Source: Neovahlkampfia damariscottae
Lineage: Eukaryota
Direction: 5' to 3'
DNA: 64,000 nt
Assembly: GCA_016618085.1 (NCBI GenBank)
Contig: JABLTG010000025.1
Location: 62,001-126,000 of the forward strand
Shown here: one piece after another, positions 1 through 11,737 of the stretch
Numbering within the stretch: position 1 is the stretch's first letter
How the letters are laid out: every line of letters starts with the position of its first letter
Made by a program: the position numbers and the translations under genes
Notes under the pieces: generated by a model
What the model was told of the DNA's origin: nothing
The model's input: only the letters and a program-made list of their open reading frames with translations
Database searches by the model: none

Positions 1-494
1 GGATAAATCGTTACAGATACATTTCAAAAGAAAAATACTTACAGTGGGAAAAATTGTGTACTGGAAAGTTCCGCCAGAAATTCTAGGAGAAAAAGGGAAT
101 GACAGATATCTCGGTCCTTTTGTGATATCAGAAATCCTTGAAGACAATCAATTCAAGTTGTCCAATGGAAAATACTATTTTCATTCAAATTTAAAAGTCT
201 CAAGCTAAACGTTAGTGATAAACTACTCTTTACGCGTGAGATGATGTTCCACTGACAAAATATAATGAAACTGCAACAGAGAGTTAACAAATTATTGGAA
301 AAAGGGAAATTGGAAATACAAATCCGAAAGATGGTAATTACAAAGACTTAGAAGAAGTAAAAGAAACAATCGTGGATTTAAATTCAGAATCCAAAAAAGA
401 GGAAGATCCAATTGACACCCAAGAATCAGATCAACAAACCCCAAAAAGAAAAATTAAAACAATCAAACATTTTCATGATGAATTTGGTTACTAA
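1..494 (+). mobile_element. 3' end of Ty3/gypsy-like LTR retrotransposon pol (integrase C-terminus), degenerate
   Basis: Frame from nt 2 reads LTVGKIVYWK...RYLGPFVISEILEDNQFKL...FHSNLK (GPY/F module) to TAA at 206-208. A shifted frame continues as an acidic tail ending PKRKIKTIKHFHDEFGY* at 494, with an internal stop. Confidence 0.75.
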
Positions 495-509
495 ACTCAA
501 GAATTTTCA

Positions 510-616
510 AAAAAGGGGAATGTAAAAGATCAACTTTTATAAATATCTAAATATTCAACAAATAAAAGTGTTCAGTAATTAGAAACTCAATAACTTAAAC
601 TACTTTCTGTTTTACA
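510..616 (+). mobile_element. Polypurine tract (510-520) and 96-bp 3' LTR (521-616)
   Basis: AAAAAGGGGAA is followed immediately by TGTAAAA...TTTTACA inverted termini. Internal TATAAA and AATAAA are present. Confidence 0.75.
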
Positions 617-646
617 GGTATTTTAAAGAATTAAAAAATGTTGTAT

Positions 647-1525
647 TTAATGATTATCACCCAAGATTTCTTTTTCAATAGAGTCTTCGTTGACTTTCAT
701 CCAATTTACCAATGATTTTCTTGTGAAAGGCATTCCATGACCTGGAAAGAATAATTTACAAGATTTCTCATTTAACAATTTTTTTATGGATCCTTTGAGC
801 TGTGTGAAATCTTCAAAAGCTCTAAACCAATGAAGCATTGGATAATTGACTGTAAAAGGAGCACCTGATAAAACATCACCAATAAAACAATCACCAGATT
901 CAGTTACTAAACTTAAAGAACCATTTGTGTGTCCAGGAGTGGATATGATCTTCACATTATTGAATTCTTTCAATACTTCATCTCCATTTAATTTATAATC
1001 AACATTGAAAGGTGTATTGGAAGGATCATAGCTCTTTGGAATATAAGACATTAACTTCTTCAAAATTGGTTGAAAGATTAAAGGCCTTGGTCCAGAGACA
1101 CCTTCAGCAATATATTTGATTTCCGATTTAGGAACTCCTATTTTGGCTCTTGATGCATCTACCATAGTTTTCGCATTTCCTTTCAGTTTTAGTTTAAAAA
1201 TTTGTCACATACCAGCATGATCAAAATGATGGTGAGTGATAAAAATAAACAAAACTTCAAAGGTTTTTATACCTCTTGATGCCATTCCTCCTAATATATT
1301 GATTTCTTTTCCTTGTGATAGAGTATCAATTAATATATATTTTGAGTCAGGAATTGGATGAAGAAAAGAGTTCACAAAATAATTTTGAGAAAAAATTATT
1401 GTTTTGGTTGAAATCTTTTTTAATTCTTCATTGTATTGTGATTTTTTTATTTCAAAGTATATATAACCAACTGATGTCGTAATCACCAAAATGGTGATGA
1501 AATAAGTCAACACACTGCGACACAT
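647..1525 (-). CDS. Metallo-beta-lactamase-fold hydrolase with N-terminal membrane anchor; 1 intron (1180-1212)
   Basis: THHHFDHAG (HxHxDH), TPGHT, FIGD and FPGHG motifs; a 33-nt GT-AG intron joins the two ORFs in frame. Confidence 0.85.
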
Positions 1526-1657
1526 TTCTGCAAGAATTATCCAATCAGTATGTTGTTTTGAAATTGGAAGAAAGTTTTGTAATATTTCACTATATTTCGT
1601 TTAAATTTTGTTTCAAATTTCCATTCATTTTTTTGGCCAATTATTTTCCATTAGAAG

Positions 1658-2133
1658 ATGAATCGTCTCGTTGTTGCTTTACTTTTCTTCTCTTGTTGTT
1701 TTCTTTTTGTTTCTTCAAAACAAATTGAAATTCAACAACCAAAACAACATGAAAAAGGAGTTGGCTGTACACTTTGCACAACTGTCGTCTCATTAGCACA
1801 TACCCTAGTCAGACAGAATGCTACAAGAGATGGATTAACAACAGTAGTCAGACAATTATGTCCTTTCATAAATCCACCAGAATACCGTCCAAAAGGTAAA
1901 AAAAATTAATTAAAAAAAAAGTTTGTCCAAGAATGATTGAAATTTTTGCACCTGTAGTAATTGACGTATTTTTAGCAAGAAAAGAAATTCAACCAAAAAC
2001 AATTTGTCATATGATTGGACTTTGTGATAAACCTGATTCTTCAAAAAATTCAGTGGAATCACAAAAAGCAATAAAATACTTTGAAAAAATCAAACGTTTA
2101 GCATTATTACAAGTCAAAAATATGAAACATTAA
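1658..2133 (+). CDS. Secreted saposin B-type protein; 26-nt intron 1896-1921
   Basis: Signal peptide; six-Cys saposin pattern CTLC...LC...VC...ICHMIGLC restored after splicing. Confidence 0.8.
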
Positions 2134-2138
2134 AGTAT

Positions 2139-2884
2139 TTATTTTAAATGAGGTTTTACTTTTGTTGTTGTCCATCCAGAAGGCCATGTTTTTTTTACTG
2201 ATGGTCTTTCAATTAAAGTGTTGTAATAAGCGTCTAATTTTGGAAAATTTTTTTTTAAAGGTAAACCGAATCGAACCAAATGAGCAAGGTATGGAAAAAA
2301 TGCAACATCAGCAAATGTCCTAAGTACAATAAATTTAAAAAAAAAATAAAAAGTTACATTTGGTTACAGACTAAATATTCAGAATCATTTTTGAAGGTTT
2401 TCTCCCAACGATAAAGTTCTTTTACAACTGTTATTTTCAAATTTTTTATGACTTCTTTATCCACTTCGTCTTCCTCTTCTGCTGTCAAAAGATAATCTAA
2501 AACTGGTCTCATAACTTCAGCAAAAACACCTGTGGCTTCATGAAAAGCAACCAAAGCCTCAGAATAAGTCGTTTTATCTTTTATATCAGGCATTAAAGGT
2601 ATTTCGTCATAATAAATCAGTAAATAATGCATCATTGCAGATTCTTCATGTAGAACTGCATCCGAGTCTTGTAATATAGGTAACTGAAATGATATTAATT
2701 TTTCAAGTTAATTTACTCTTCCTCTTGGATTTAATTTTAAAATTTCTTCGCTCTGTTGTTCTTGTAGATTTAACACTACTAATCTTGTTTCGTATTTTAT
2801 TTTTTTTTCTTCCAAAAGTAATCTTGTTCTCCATCCTATTGAAGAGTATTTCTTTTCCCATGGCCGGAATAAAGTTATAACCAT
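2139..2884 (-). CDS. Glutathione S-transferase; 2 introns
   Basis: Spliced N-terminus RLLLEEKKIKYE...LKLNPRGR-LPIL...LHEESAMMHYL; C-domain TFAD and FPKLDAYY...RPSVKKTWP. Confidence 0.85.
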
Positions 2885-3050
2885 TGTTGTGTGAGTTTAT
2901 TGAAAATAATTTTGTCCAATAGAAATGTTAGAACTTTCCGAAAAAGGAATAATTTTTGATTAAAAAAAAATTGTCAATCATTGAATTATGAAAAGTAAAA
3001 TTAAATTTTTCCTGGAGAATCTAAGATTTACCAATCAAAAGAATTCAAAA

Positions 3051-3428
3051 ATGTCTCAGAACAAACACATCACCGACTACAGAGAAGCAGCAAATAAATG
3101 GATATCTGATTATAACTTAAATATAAATGGGTTTGAAATACTTAGAGTCAAAGATGAAACCTTTCTAATTTCAATTGCTGAAATTTTCAACTTTTCCATC
3201 AAAATCAAACCAAATCAAAAATTTGAAATAATTTTGGAAGAAGATGATGAATTCATACTGGACGATTTCAAACAGGTGACTTTTTTAATCATCTAATATT
3301 TTAGATTTTAGACGATTATTGCAAACAAGAGAATTTGAAAATAACAGAAGGTAAAAAAAAAAGAAACTTTGTGACATTTTGAAGTTTTACAAAAATGTTC
3401 CGAAACATATGACAAAGTTTGTCAATAA
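3051..3428 (+). CDS. Small hypothetical protein (~104 aa); 2 introns
   Basis: CCAAT box about 20 nt upstream; two short GT-AG introns give a continuous frame ending KVCQ*. Confidence 0.6.
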
Positions 3429-3660
3429 ATTAGATATGAATAAATTATTCACGTTCAATAAATTTTTACTTTTATCAACAAAACAGGCATTCTGGAATCC
3501 ATTTCTTCAGCAGTTTGAATAAGTCCATACCATGTATTCTCTTATTGAGTTCAAAATTTGACTGGTTAGTTCATTTAATCTGAAATTTCCTCCATTGTAA
3601 TTGCTAAATTTCGAACATTTATCAATTTTGTTTAATAATTTAATCCTCTTTCAAGAAACA

Positions 3661-3731
3661 TCTTCTGTAGTATAAGGGTAGTATAGTGGACTTTGAATCC
3701 ATTGATCCAGGTTCGAATCCTGGCAGGAGAA
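3661..3731 (+). tRNA. tRNA-Gln (anticodon UUG)
   Basis: Cloverleaf: acceptor TCTTCTG/CAGGAGA, anticodon arm GTGGA-CTTTGAA-TCCAT, T arm CCAGG-TTCGAAT-CCTGG. A T-run (Pol III terminator-like) follows at about 3738. Confidence 0.92.
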
Positions 3732-3804
3732 CTGATATTTTTACTTTTAGATTTTTGAATCCAGGAACCAATCAAATTCTTTTGTAGATTCAATTTAGAA
3801 CGAC

Positions 3805-5882
3805 ATGAAGGTTGAAGAATTGAATGAACTTTTTGAAGTATACCCTGAAGTCTCAAATATTTATATTTCGTTTGGTGAGAACACTGAACAACTCCATCTT
3901 CACATACTTTCAAAATTTTCAAACTTGGAAATGTTGACCATAAGTTTTCAACATGGCTCCAGTTTTTTAAAAGAAGTGAATAGTTATTTGAAAACTCTCA
4001 AGAATTCAAAAATAACTTCATTTGTGCTGGGTTCTCATTTTAAATTTAAATTGTTAAATTTTTGACAGATAACTTTGGTGATGAGATAGAACATGAAGAT
4101 ATTGAAGAATACTTTGATTTAATTTTTGAAAAGTTCAATTTAGAATCTGTTGAAATTCCTTTTGATTCAATGACAAAACCCATTGCTTCAAAAATATCTA
4201 GTTACATTCAAAATAATTCAAAAGTTGAAGTTTTAGAAATGAATTGTAATTCAAATGAAATATTGACATATTCTAGGCACAGAAAATGAATATGGATCCC
4301 TGGATTTCATTTTCAATAGTTTGATCCAAAATAAGTCCATTAGTGATCTCTGTTTCTCTGGATACTCACCAATGGAATTAAATTTAAAAAGTGATTCTAC
4401 ACTTGAATTTATCAAATATAATCATTCAATAACATATTTAAACTTTAGTTTCATCATTTTCACTGAAAATCAAATCGCATTGCTTGATGATTGTTTAATA
4501 GAAACTACAATTGGTCATTTGGATTTATCAAGTTCAAATTACACTGGTAATTTTTCGTTTTTAAGAAACAAGAATATCACAAAATTGTGGTTTCAAAATA
4601 TTTTTGATTTGTATGAAGAATTGGAAGAAAATTTCGTTGGTGAATTAAAAAAGAACACAACTCTCAAAGATTTAGATATTAGTAGAACTGACAAGGAATA
4701 TATTTCAATTGATTCTTTGATTGATGTTTTGTGTGGGCATACATCTCTTGAAACATTAGCTCTATCAGAAATATCTTCCCTTTTTACTTCCAACAACTTG
4801 AAGAATATTTTCAAAAGTTCAACCTTAAAAACTATAAATTTGTCATCAAATAAAGTTGAAAGTGATAGAAATCCAATGATGATTATTTTGAAATCAATTA
4901 ACAACAACAAAAATTTGACTTCATTAAACTTATCAAGTATTATTTTTTTTATTTGACGTATTTAGATTGTGATATTGGTAAATTAGATGATTTCTTGAAT
5001 GGTTTTTCAATTGAAAATACCTCAATAACAGAAATTAATTTAAATCGTTTGATTTTATTCTTTAAATGTTTTTGAAAGATAATTTCATCAAATTTGATCA
5101 AGAATCGACTTTTTTAAAGAGTATTTTATCCTTACCAAAATTAGAAAATTTACGAGTAATCAATAACCACTTCAACAAGAAAGGAATAGAATTATTATCA
5201 AAATATCTAGAGACAACCACAACATTAAAACATCTATCAATTTTTGGTATATATTTCATTTGATGATTAAATTTTATTAGATTCCTTTTTATTGTGTGAT
5301 ATTGATGCAATGAAAACTTTTAGAGATTCATTGAACAAAAATACGAGTTTGAAAAAACTTGAAATTACAAGTAAGTTGTTTAAGTGTTCTAATCAAAAAA
5401 AAGGTAACTTTTATTATTATTTTGAAGAGAGTAAAATAATTGAAAAACATTTTAAGTTTTTTTTAATAGAAACAAATGATAAAACTAAATGGTATTATAA
5501 TCCTTATATCAATTCAAAACAAACGGATCATATGAGTGAAAATTGTTTGAGATATTTATTGAATTCTGATTGGAGTAAAAGTATGTCATTGAATGAAATA
5601 GAACTTCAAATTGATCTTGAAAATAGAAATGTGTTTGATATTTTCAGAAGATTTTTTGAAATGAATGTGTCAGTTGAGCACTTCGCTTTCAATTCTTTTT
5701 CAAGTGTCATTCCAGATCTCTCCAGATCTTTAGAATTTAACACAAACATGAAATCAATTAATTTTGTTCATCAACCAAAAGTATTGAAACTACTTGCACG
5801 AAATGAAAAATTCTCAAAAATTGATGAACATTTCAAACAAAAATTTAATTCATCTGATATTCATTTTCAGTTTATCAATTAA
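3805..5882 (+). CDS. Leucine-rich repeat protein (RNI-like); several introns
   Basis: Repeated LxxLxLSxN and N.TL..L.I motifs across consecutive ORFs, with short intron-like gaps between them. Confidence 0.75.
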
Positions 5883-6310
5883 TGAAATAAATCATAGTTA
5901 ACATCAAAATGAAATTTATCTTTTAGAAGCAAGAAACAAGAAATAATTGAGCTTCACAAAAGGTTGCAGTGAGTTGTTGGTCTTTTTAGAATAAAAGAAG
6001 AAGGTCCCTACTTTCCAGCGAGATGAACTTCTAATCCATAGGTTGTAGCAAGAACTCATATTTTTCTTTTTCAGTTGGATCTTTCTCTAAAAAGATGACT
6101 GTGGGTGGGTGAATTTTCCTCTTTTTTCATTGAGTCAATTGTCTCTACCAATGTCATACTCTTGACATTTTCCAACTGATGAATGACCCAAAATCAGATT
6201 TAGAAAATATTTTGGCCGAAGTATGGTTGTTCACTGTTAATTTATCCGGCGAAACCTGCATATAAACTGGAAACTACTTCTAGCCAATCAGGCACAACTT
6301 ACAAAAATGA

Positions 6311-7254
6311 ATGACAACAAAGACCATGAACGTATTCTCCTCACAAAATTCAAACGAGATGAATTTACTTGATTTTGATACAGAATTAAAATTTGGAAAA
6401 CTTGCAATTGATGTAGATACATATGGAACCAAAATAACATTAGGAGCAATTTCAAACAAAATTCCTTCTAACCTAAATTCATCACAAATAAGCAAAATTA
6501 CCAGGTAATGAAGAATATGGGAAAAAAAACAAAAACATTAATTTAGGTTTAAAGAAATTATTATATAAATTGAATCAACCAGATAATTTAGGAAGGGAAA
6601 TAAAGAGGCTTCATTTTCCTATTGCAAAAACATATCACATGTTATTTGAAAAGATTATCAGTTGCAAACAAATTGTATTGTCCATTGTTTTCAAATGAAT
6701 TTTTTCAAACAATTGAATCAGATTTTTGGGATTATTACACATTATTTTTTGAATTATACACAACCAACACTGATGATATCAAATTATTTTGGTATAAATA
6801 TAAGTTTTTTTTTGAAGAAAATAGCAAATATTACAAAAATTTGAATATCTTTTCTGATAAACGATTTGAAATTAAAAATCTAGATTGTAAAACTAGATTG
6901 TTGGAAGATACAAATCAAAAAGAAAATGAATCACAAGCACTTAAATCTATGGAAATGCGATCCACAATCAAAGACAATTTTCAAGAATTAAGATTTGATA
7001 AAAAAAGAGAATACTATACTCCAATTACTTTTATAATCACCAAGTCACCTCCAAAGTTTTCACATTTGCATAAAATTTATCAAGTAAATGATTTGATAGT
7101 GTTAAAGAGTGAAAATGTATTTGAATTGATTGAATATTTTTCAATTACAAACATTCAATTCTTTAAAGAATCAATTAAAATAGAAGTTATTGAAGTTGTG
7201 ACAAACCAAGTCGAAAATACCCATCTTTTAAAATTTAGAAAAAACATTTATTGA
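6311..7254 (+). pseudogene. Unknown, apparently frameshifted gene remnant
   Basis: CCAAT box then a 65-aa ORF and a 210-aa ORF. I could not join them with clean introns without invoking frameshifts, and no motif was recognised. Confidence 0.35.
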
Positions 7255-7708
7255 CCAATTTCGCTCTCAATTCATAATTAACGAATACAATTTGTTTTTT
7301 AGCTTATTTTTGGTTTATTTTTTGGCATAAAAATCATGGCATATTTTTTGGCGTAGCAGTTTGTACTATTGACTTTTTATTCATTAGAACAGGGATGAAA
7401 AACACAAAGTCCGCATTCGTAAACAACGAAATAAGCATAAAATATCGTGTAAAGAGCGAAATAAGAGGAAAAATATCGTTGAGTTATCAACAGGAGAGCG
7501 AAAATTCACTTTGAGAGCTTCTGGAAATTTTTGTAATTTTTTTTATTTTTTATCCGAGTTGAGAGCTCTGGTTGAGGAAAAATAATTTTGAAATTGGTGT
7601 ATCTCGGCGAAAATGGATTTTAAAGCGTCCTGATCAAAAATAAATGATTTTTAACAAATAAAAATTTGACCAATAAAAAATCAAAATAAAATCAGCAAAC
7701 AAAAACAA

Positions 7709-8567
7709 ATGAAGAAAACTTTGAAAAAATTATTTTCCGATTATTATCCAATAAAAGAATTGAGCAAAAAAAACATGGATAAAAAATTATCTGAATCAAT
7801 TTTAAGTGATTTCTCTAATGAAGAAAAATCTACTAGAATACAATTGGCAGCTTGTTATAGATTATTCAATAAATTTGGATGGGATGATACTATTTATGGT
7901 CATTTAACAGCAAGAATACCAAATACTAATCATTTTTTAATCAATCCTTTTGGATTGTTATACAATGAAATTACTGCAAGTTCACTTGTCAAAGTTGATT
8001 TAAATGGAAAAATCATACATCCTGGTACTACTGGTTTATCAATCAATGGAGCAGGATATGTTATACACAGTGCAATTCATGGTAATAGATCTGATATTCA
8101 TTCAGTATTTCATTGTCATCAATTTCATGCTTCTGCAGTTTCATGTTCTGAATTTATTCCAATCAGTCAAACATCACATACAATTGGTGCATTTTCTCAT
8201 CATGAGTATGACGGAATTTTCATTGATGAGAATTTACAAAAGAAATTAGTTGAAGATTTAGGAAACAACAGAATTATGATTTTAAGAAATCATGGAGTTG
8301 TAACATGTGGATCAACCATTTCAGAATCATTTCTATTGATGTACAATTTAATTGAAGCATGTAAAATACAAGCAACTGCTTCTTCGATGAGTATTTTATT
8401 TTTTAATGATTTAAATCATTTTTTTAGAGTATTCAATTCCTAATGATGAAATAATCAAAAAATCAACTAAAATTGCACAAAATTTCAATAGTGAAGGATT
8501 TGGTAAAAAGGAATTATCAGCTTATATGAGAATTTTGGATGAAAAAGATCCAAATTATAAAATTTAA
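7709..8567 (+). CDS. Class II aldolase/adducin family protein; 1 intron
   Basis: LAACYRL, GHLTAR, FLINPFGLLYNEITASSLVKVD, IHSAIH, HCH and ILRNHG motifs. Confidence 0.92.
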
Positions 8568-8575
8568 ATTTTTCT

Positions 8576-9589
8576 TTATAAAAAATAATCTGGTGGTGGT
8601 AATTGTAAATCTTTTCTATCTTGTGGTGGAGCCTCTGTAAAAATATTAAATTTTGATTGTAAATTTTCATCAATTTCTAAAATAGAAGCTAAATTTCCAC
8701 CTTTTCCACAATAATTAGGAGCACTCCAAACTGTGCTCATTCTATTTTCGAATAAAATTTGATAGCCTTCCATACCTTTTAAAAAAATGAACAAAAAATA
8801 AAAATGTACATAATTGATGAGCTCTACATAAATGTTGAAGATTATTATAATTTAGAAATAGTTTTAATGCAGTTGAACCATACATGTATCCAGCTCCTCT
8901 TGGATTATGTCCGAATCCTTCTATATTTACATCAGGATCACTCCAAACTAAATCAGAAAATGATCCTTCACCTGGAAGCTCCAAAAATCTATCAATTACT
9001 AAATCAAGGTGAATCAAATTTTTCAAACCACGAATTTGATCTAAATCCATTACTTGTGGTGAAATTCCACCATGAACACAAAATATTTTACCATCTATCA
9101 ATGCTGAAATTGTTATAAAATCAAATGCATCTGTAAAATATTTCCAAACTTTTGAATTTGTACCATATTTTTGAACACATTCTTTATAAAATCCATAATC
9201 TTGAGAAATAGCTCTAGATTCATGGTTTCCACGTAACATTGTAAATCTATCAGGATAAAGTACTTTAAAGCACAGTAGAAGAGTGATTGTTTCAACTGAG
9301 AAAGCACCTCTGTCAACATAATCACCCAAAAAGAGATAATTTGTAAAAGGTGGAAATCCACCAATTCTAAATAGTTCTAATACATCATAAAATTGACTTA
9401 TTATTTTAGAAACATTGTTTTGATTTACCCATGGACGTCTCCAGCAAGAGTAACTGGAGATTTAATACAATGTACGTTTGATTCTGTCGCAAAAACTTCT
9501 TTTGCTTTATTACAAATCGTAAAAATTTCAAATTCAGTTGGTGCTTCTCCTTTTGAAATTAATCTTTCGACAACTTCTTCAATTTTCAT
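8576..9589 (-). CDS. PP2A-family Ser/Thr phosphatase catalytic subunit (Ppg1/PP4-like); 3 introns
   Basis: GDVHG, GDYVDRG, RGNHE, HGG, RAHQLC and SAPNYC motifs; C-terminal PDYFL. Confidence 0.93.
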
Positions 9590-9645
9590 TTTTTTAAAGG
9601 AGAGCGCTATTGGTCAAAGAATTTCCCACCAATAAGATAAAAAAA
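9590..9645. promoter_or_regulatory. 56-bp bidirectional promoter with two opposed CCAAT boxes (representative example)
   Basis: ATTGG at 9609-9613 and CCAAT at 9629-9633 lie between divergent ATGs at 9589 and 9646. Confidence 0.65.
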
Positions 9646-10137
9646 ATGACTGAAGAAGAAAAATCACAACATGATTCATCAGAAAATAAAACAGAAACAG
9701 AAGAACCAAAAGAAGTAATTCAAGATTATTTTGGAACAGAACCAGAACAAATAAATTCAAAAGAAGAAATTAAAAAAAACATGAATACCTTTGAAACTGT
9801 ACAAGATGAAAATTTAAATTTACAAGAATTAGAAAAAAAAGCAATTTTGGAATTAACTACAGGATTTGAAAATACTTATATACCAACATTAGAAATTATA
9901 AAAACTCAATTAGAATTAATTTCAAAATCTCAAAAAGAGTTAATATCCAATACACAAGGAGTTAACAATGAATTTTCGAATATACCAAATTTTCAAGAAA
10001 TTTCACAAATTTTAGATCAATTACCAATGTATATTCAAAAAACAAAACAAGTCTCAAAAAAGATGAAATCAATAGATGAAAAAGTTCATGTTTTGAAAGT
10101 TAAAACAGAAAAATCAAAAGGAAATCTAAAGAAATGA
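9646..10137 (+). CDS. Snapin/Pallidin-family BLOC-1 subunit (pallidin-like)
   Basis: Acidic N-terminus then LTTGF..TYIPTL...L..I..SQ..L...Y..K...V.K.M coiled-coil pattern typical of the family. Confidence 0.65.
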   Translation: MTEEEKSQHDSSENKTETEEPKEVIQDYFGTEPEQINSKEEIKKNMNTFETVQDENLNLQELEKKAILELTTGFENTYIPTLEIIKTQLELISKSQKELISNTQGVNNEFSNIPNFQEISQILDQLPMYIQKTKQVSKKMKSIDEKVHVLKVKTEKSKGNLKK

Positions 10138-10143
10138 ACTTAT

Positions 10144-11665
10144 TTATTTTTGAAAGATAATTTTATCAACTAAAAAAAAGAAATTAAATTTTTTAACAAA
10201 AAACTCACTTTTTAAAATTAGTCTTGTTGTTTCAAATGAATTTTGAAGATATTTTTTTTTGATTTCAAATATTTCATTTTGATTTTCTTTATTGATTTCT
10301 GAAAAGATTGAACTGAAAATGTTCAATTCTTTCTTGATTTGTTGATGATATTCATGATTGTTTATTAAGAAGGGTTGATTTTTTAAGATATCAATCTTTG
10401 AGAATATGTTGTATATTTGATTGCCATATTCATCTGCTTGTTCATTTGAAGGTGCATAAATGACAAGTGAGTAGAAATCCTTGATTGTTTCAAATAAAAA
10501 ATTTGAGTTGATCATTGACATTGATTCAATAGTCCCTATATCTATTAAATTGAATTTAGAAATTAAATATTGATACTTATGTCTTTTATTGTGAATAAAT
10601 CAAAGTTTAATCGACATGAAGATAATTCACAAATTTTTTTTACATCAAAAATTGGAACCAAAGAAATTGATTTGATATTCATTTCATTTAAATATTGATA
10701 TCCCAAATCGGATATTTTACCAGTAGTTATTATCTTAAAAGTTAGAATTCTCTGTGCTTTATCATTTTACTAGCTCAATTCCATTTTTTTTGAGGTTCAA
10801 AATTTGAGTTCTGATAATTTGTTCTTCTTCAGTCTTTATTTCAGTTAGATTATGATATTTTTTTACTTTCCAATTCTCAAGTTGATTAGTTGTTTCAAAT
10901 GTTAATTTTATTTTGTTGATTGATTTTTCTCGTTCAATGGATCCATCTAAACATAAGATTTTTGATTTTTTTTTAAATTCAAATTTTTCCTTAACAAAAT
11001 TAATTTTTCAAACTTAATTACTTGATAATATCCTTTTATTAATATACCTCTTTTCCAAAATGAACTTAATAAACTATTTCCACCAATAGATATGATTCTG
11101 ATTTTTTTCAAATTTTTCTCTTTTTCAATCAAGGATGAAAGTAATTTTTTGAAAAATGATTTTTGAGATTTTAATTTAGATATAGATATATTCAAAGCAT
11201 CTTCAATCTTTTTTAAATTTATTAATTTGAAAGACTTACAGGTGTTTTTGTTTCAAATTTTAATTTTTCAATTTTTTCAATTGAAAAGGTTTCGAATTTT
11301 TGTAATTCTGATAAAATATAATTCAATGAATCTCCATTTTGTATTTTCTGACAACCAATTTTTCTTTTTTTTCAATAAATTTTTTTTAATTACATCATTT
11401 CCGATGACAGTAAAATTGATGATATTTTACCATGTTTTAGTGAAGTACATGAATCAACGTATAAAATAGCAATTGGATTTTGTATTTTCAATTGATTTAA
11501 AATGAATTTTGAATTTTTAGAAATGGAAATCCTTTTAATTCACAATTTTAAAAAAACAATTTCAAACTGATTTTGTTCATTTAAAATTAACTTAGTTCCA
11601 TTGTTTGAATTCTTCAAAGGTTTGAAAATCTCAGAAATTGCAGATATTGCATAATAATTTTCCAT
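10144..11665 (-). CDS. Divergent chaperonin-like protein (BBS10/BBS12/MKKS-like); multiple introns
   Basis: Spliced N-terminus ..GTKLILNEQNQISISKNSKFILNQLKIQNPIA resembles the chaperonin equatorial start. SLVIYAPS internal motif; C-terminus TRLILK-IDKII matches the chaperonin ending. ATP-binding motifs are degenerate. Confidence 0.55.
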
Positions 11666-11737
11666 CAAATCTTCACCACTCGATTTTTTTTTACTCCAAC
11701 AATAAACCAATCAAAAACACAATTTGAAGAGTAAAAT

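Noticed and set aside
3632..3922. Short antisense ORFs in the track (e.g. 3632-3922, 4593-4910, 38871-39149)
   Set aside because: They are shadows of the tRNA or of real genes on the opposite strand.
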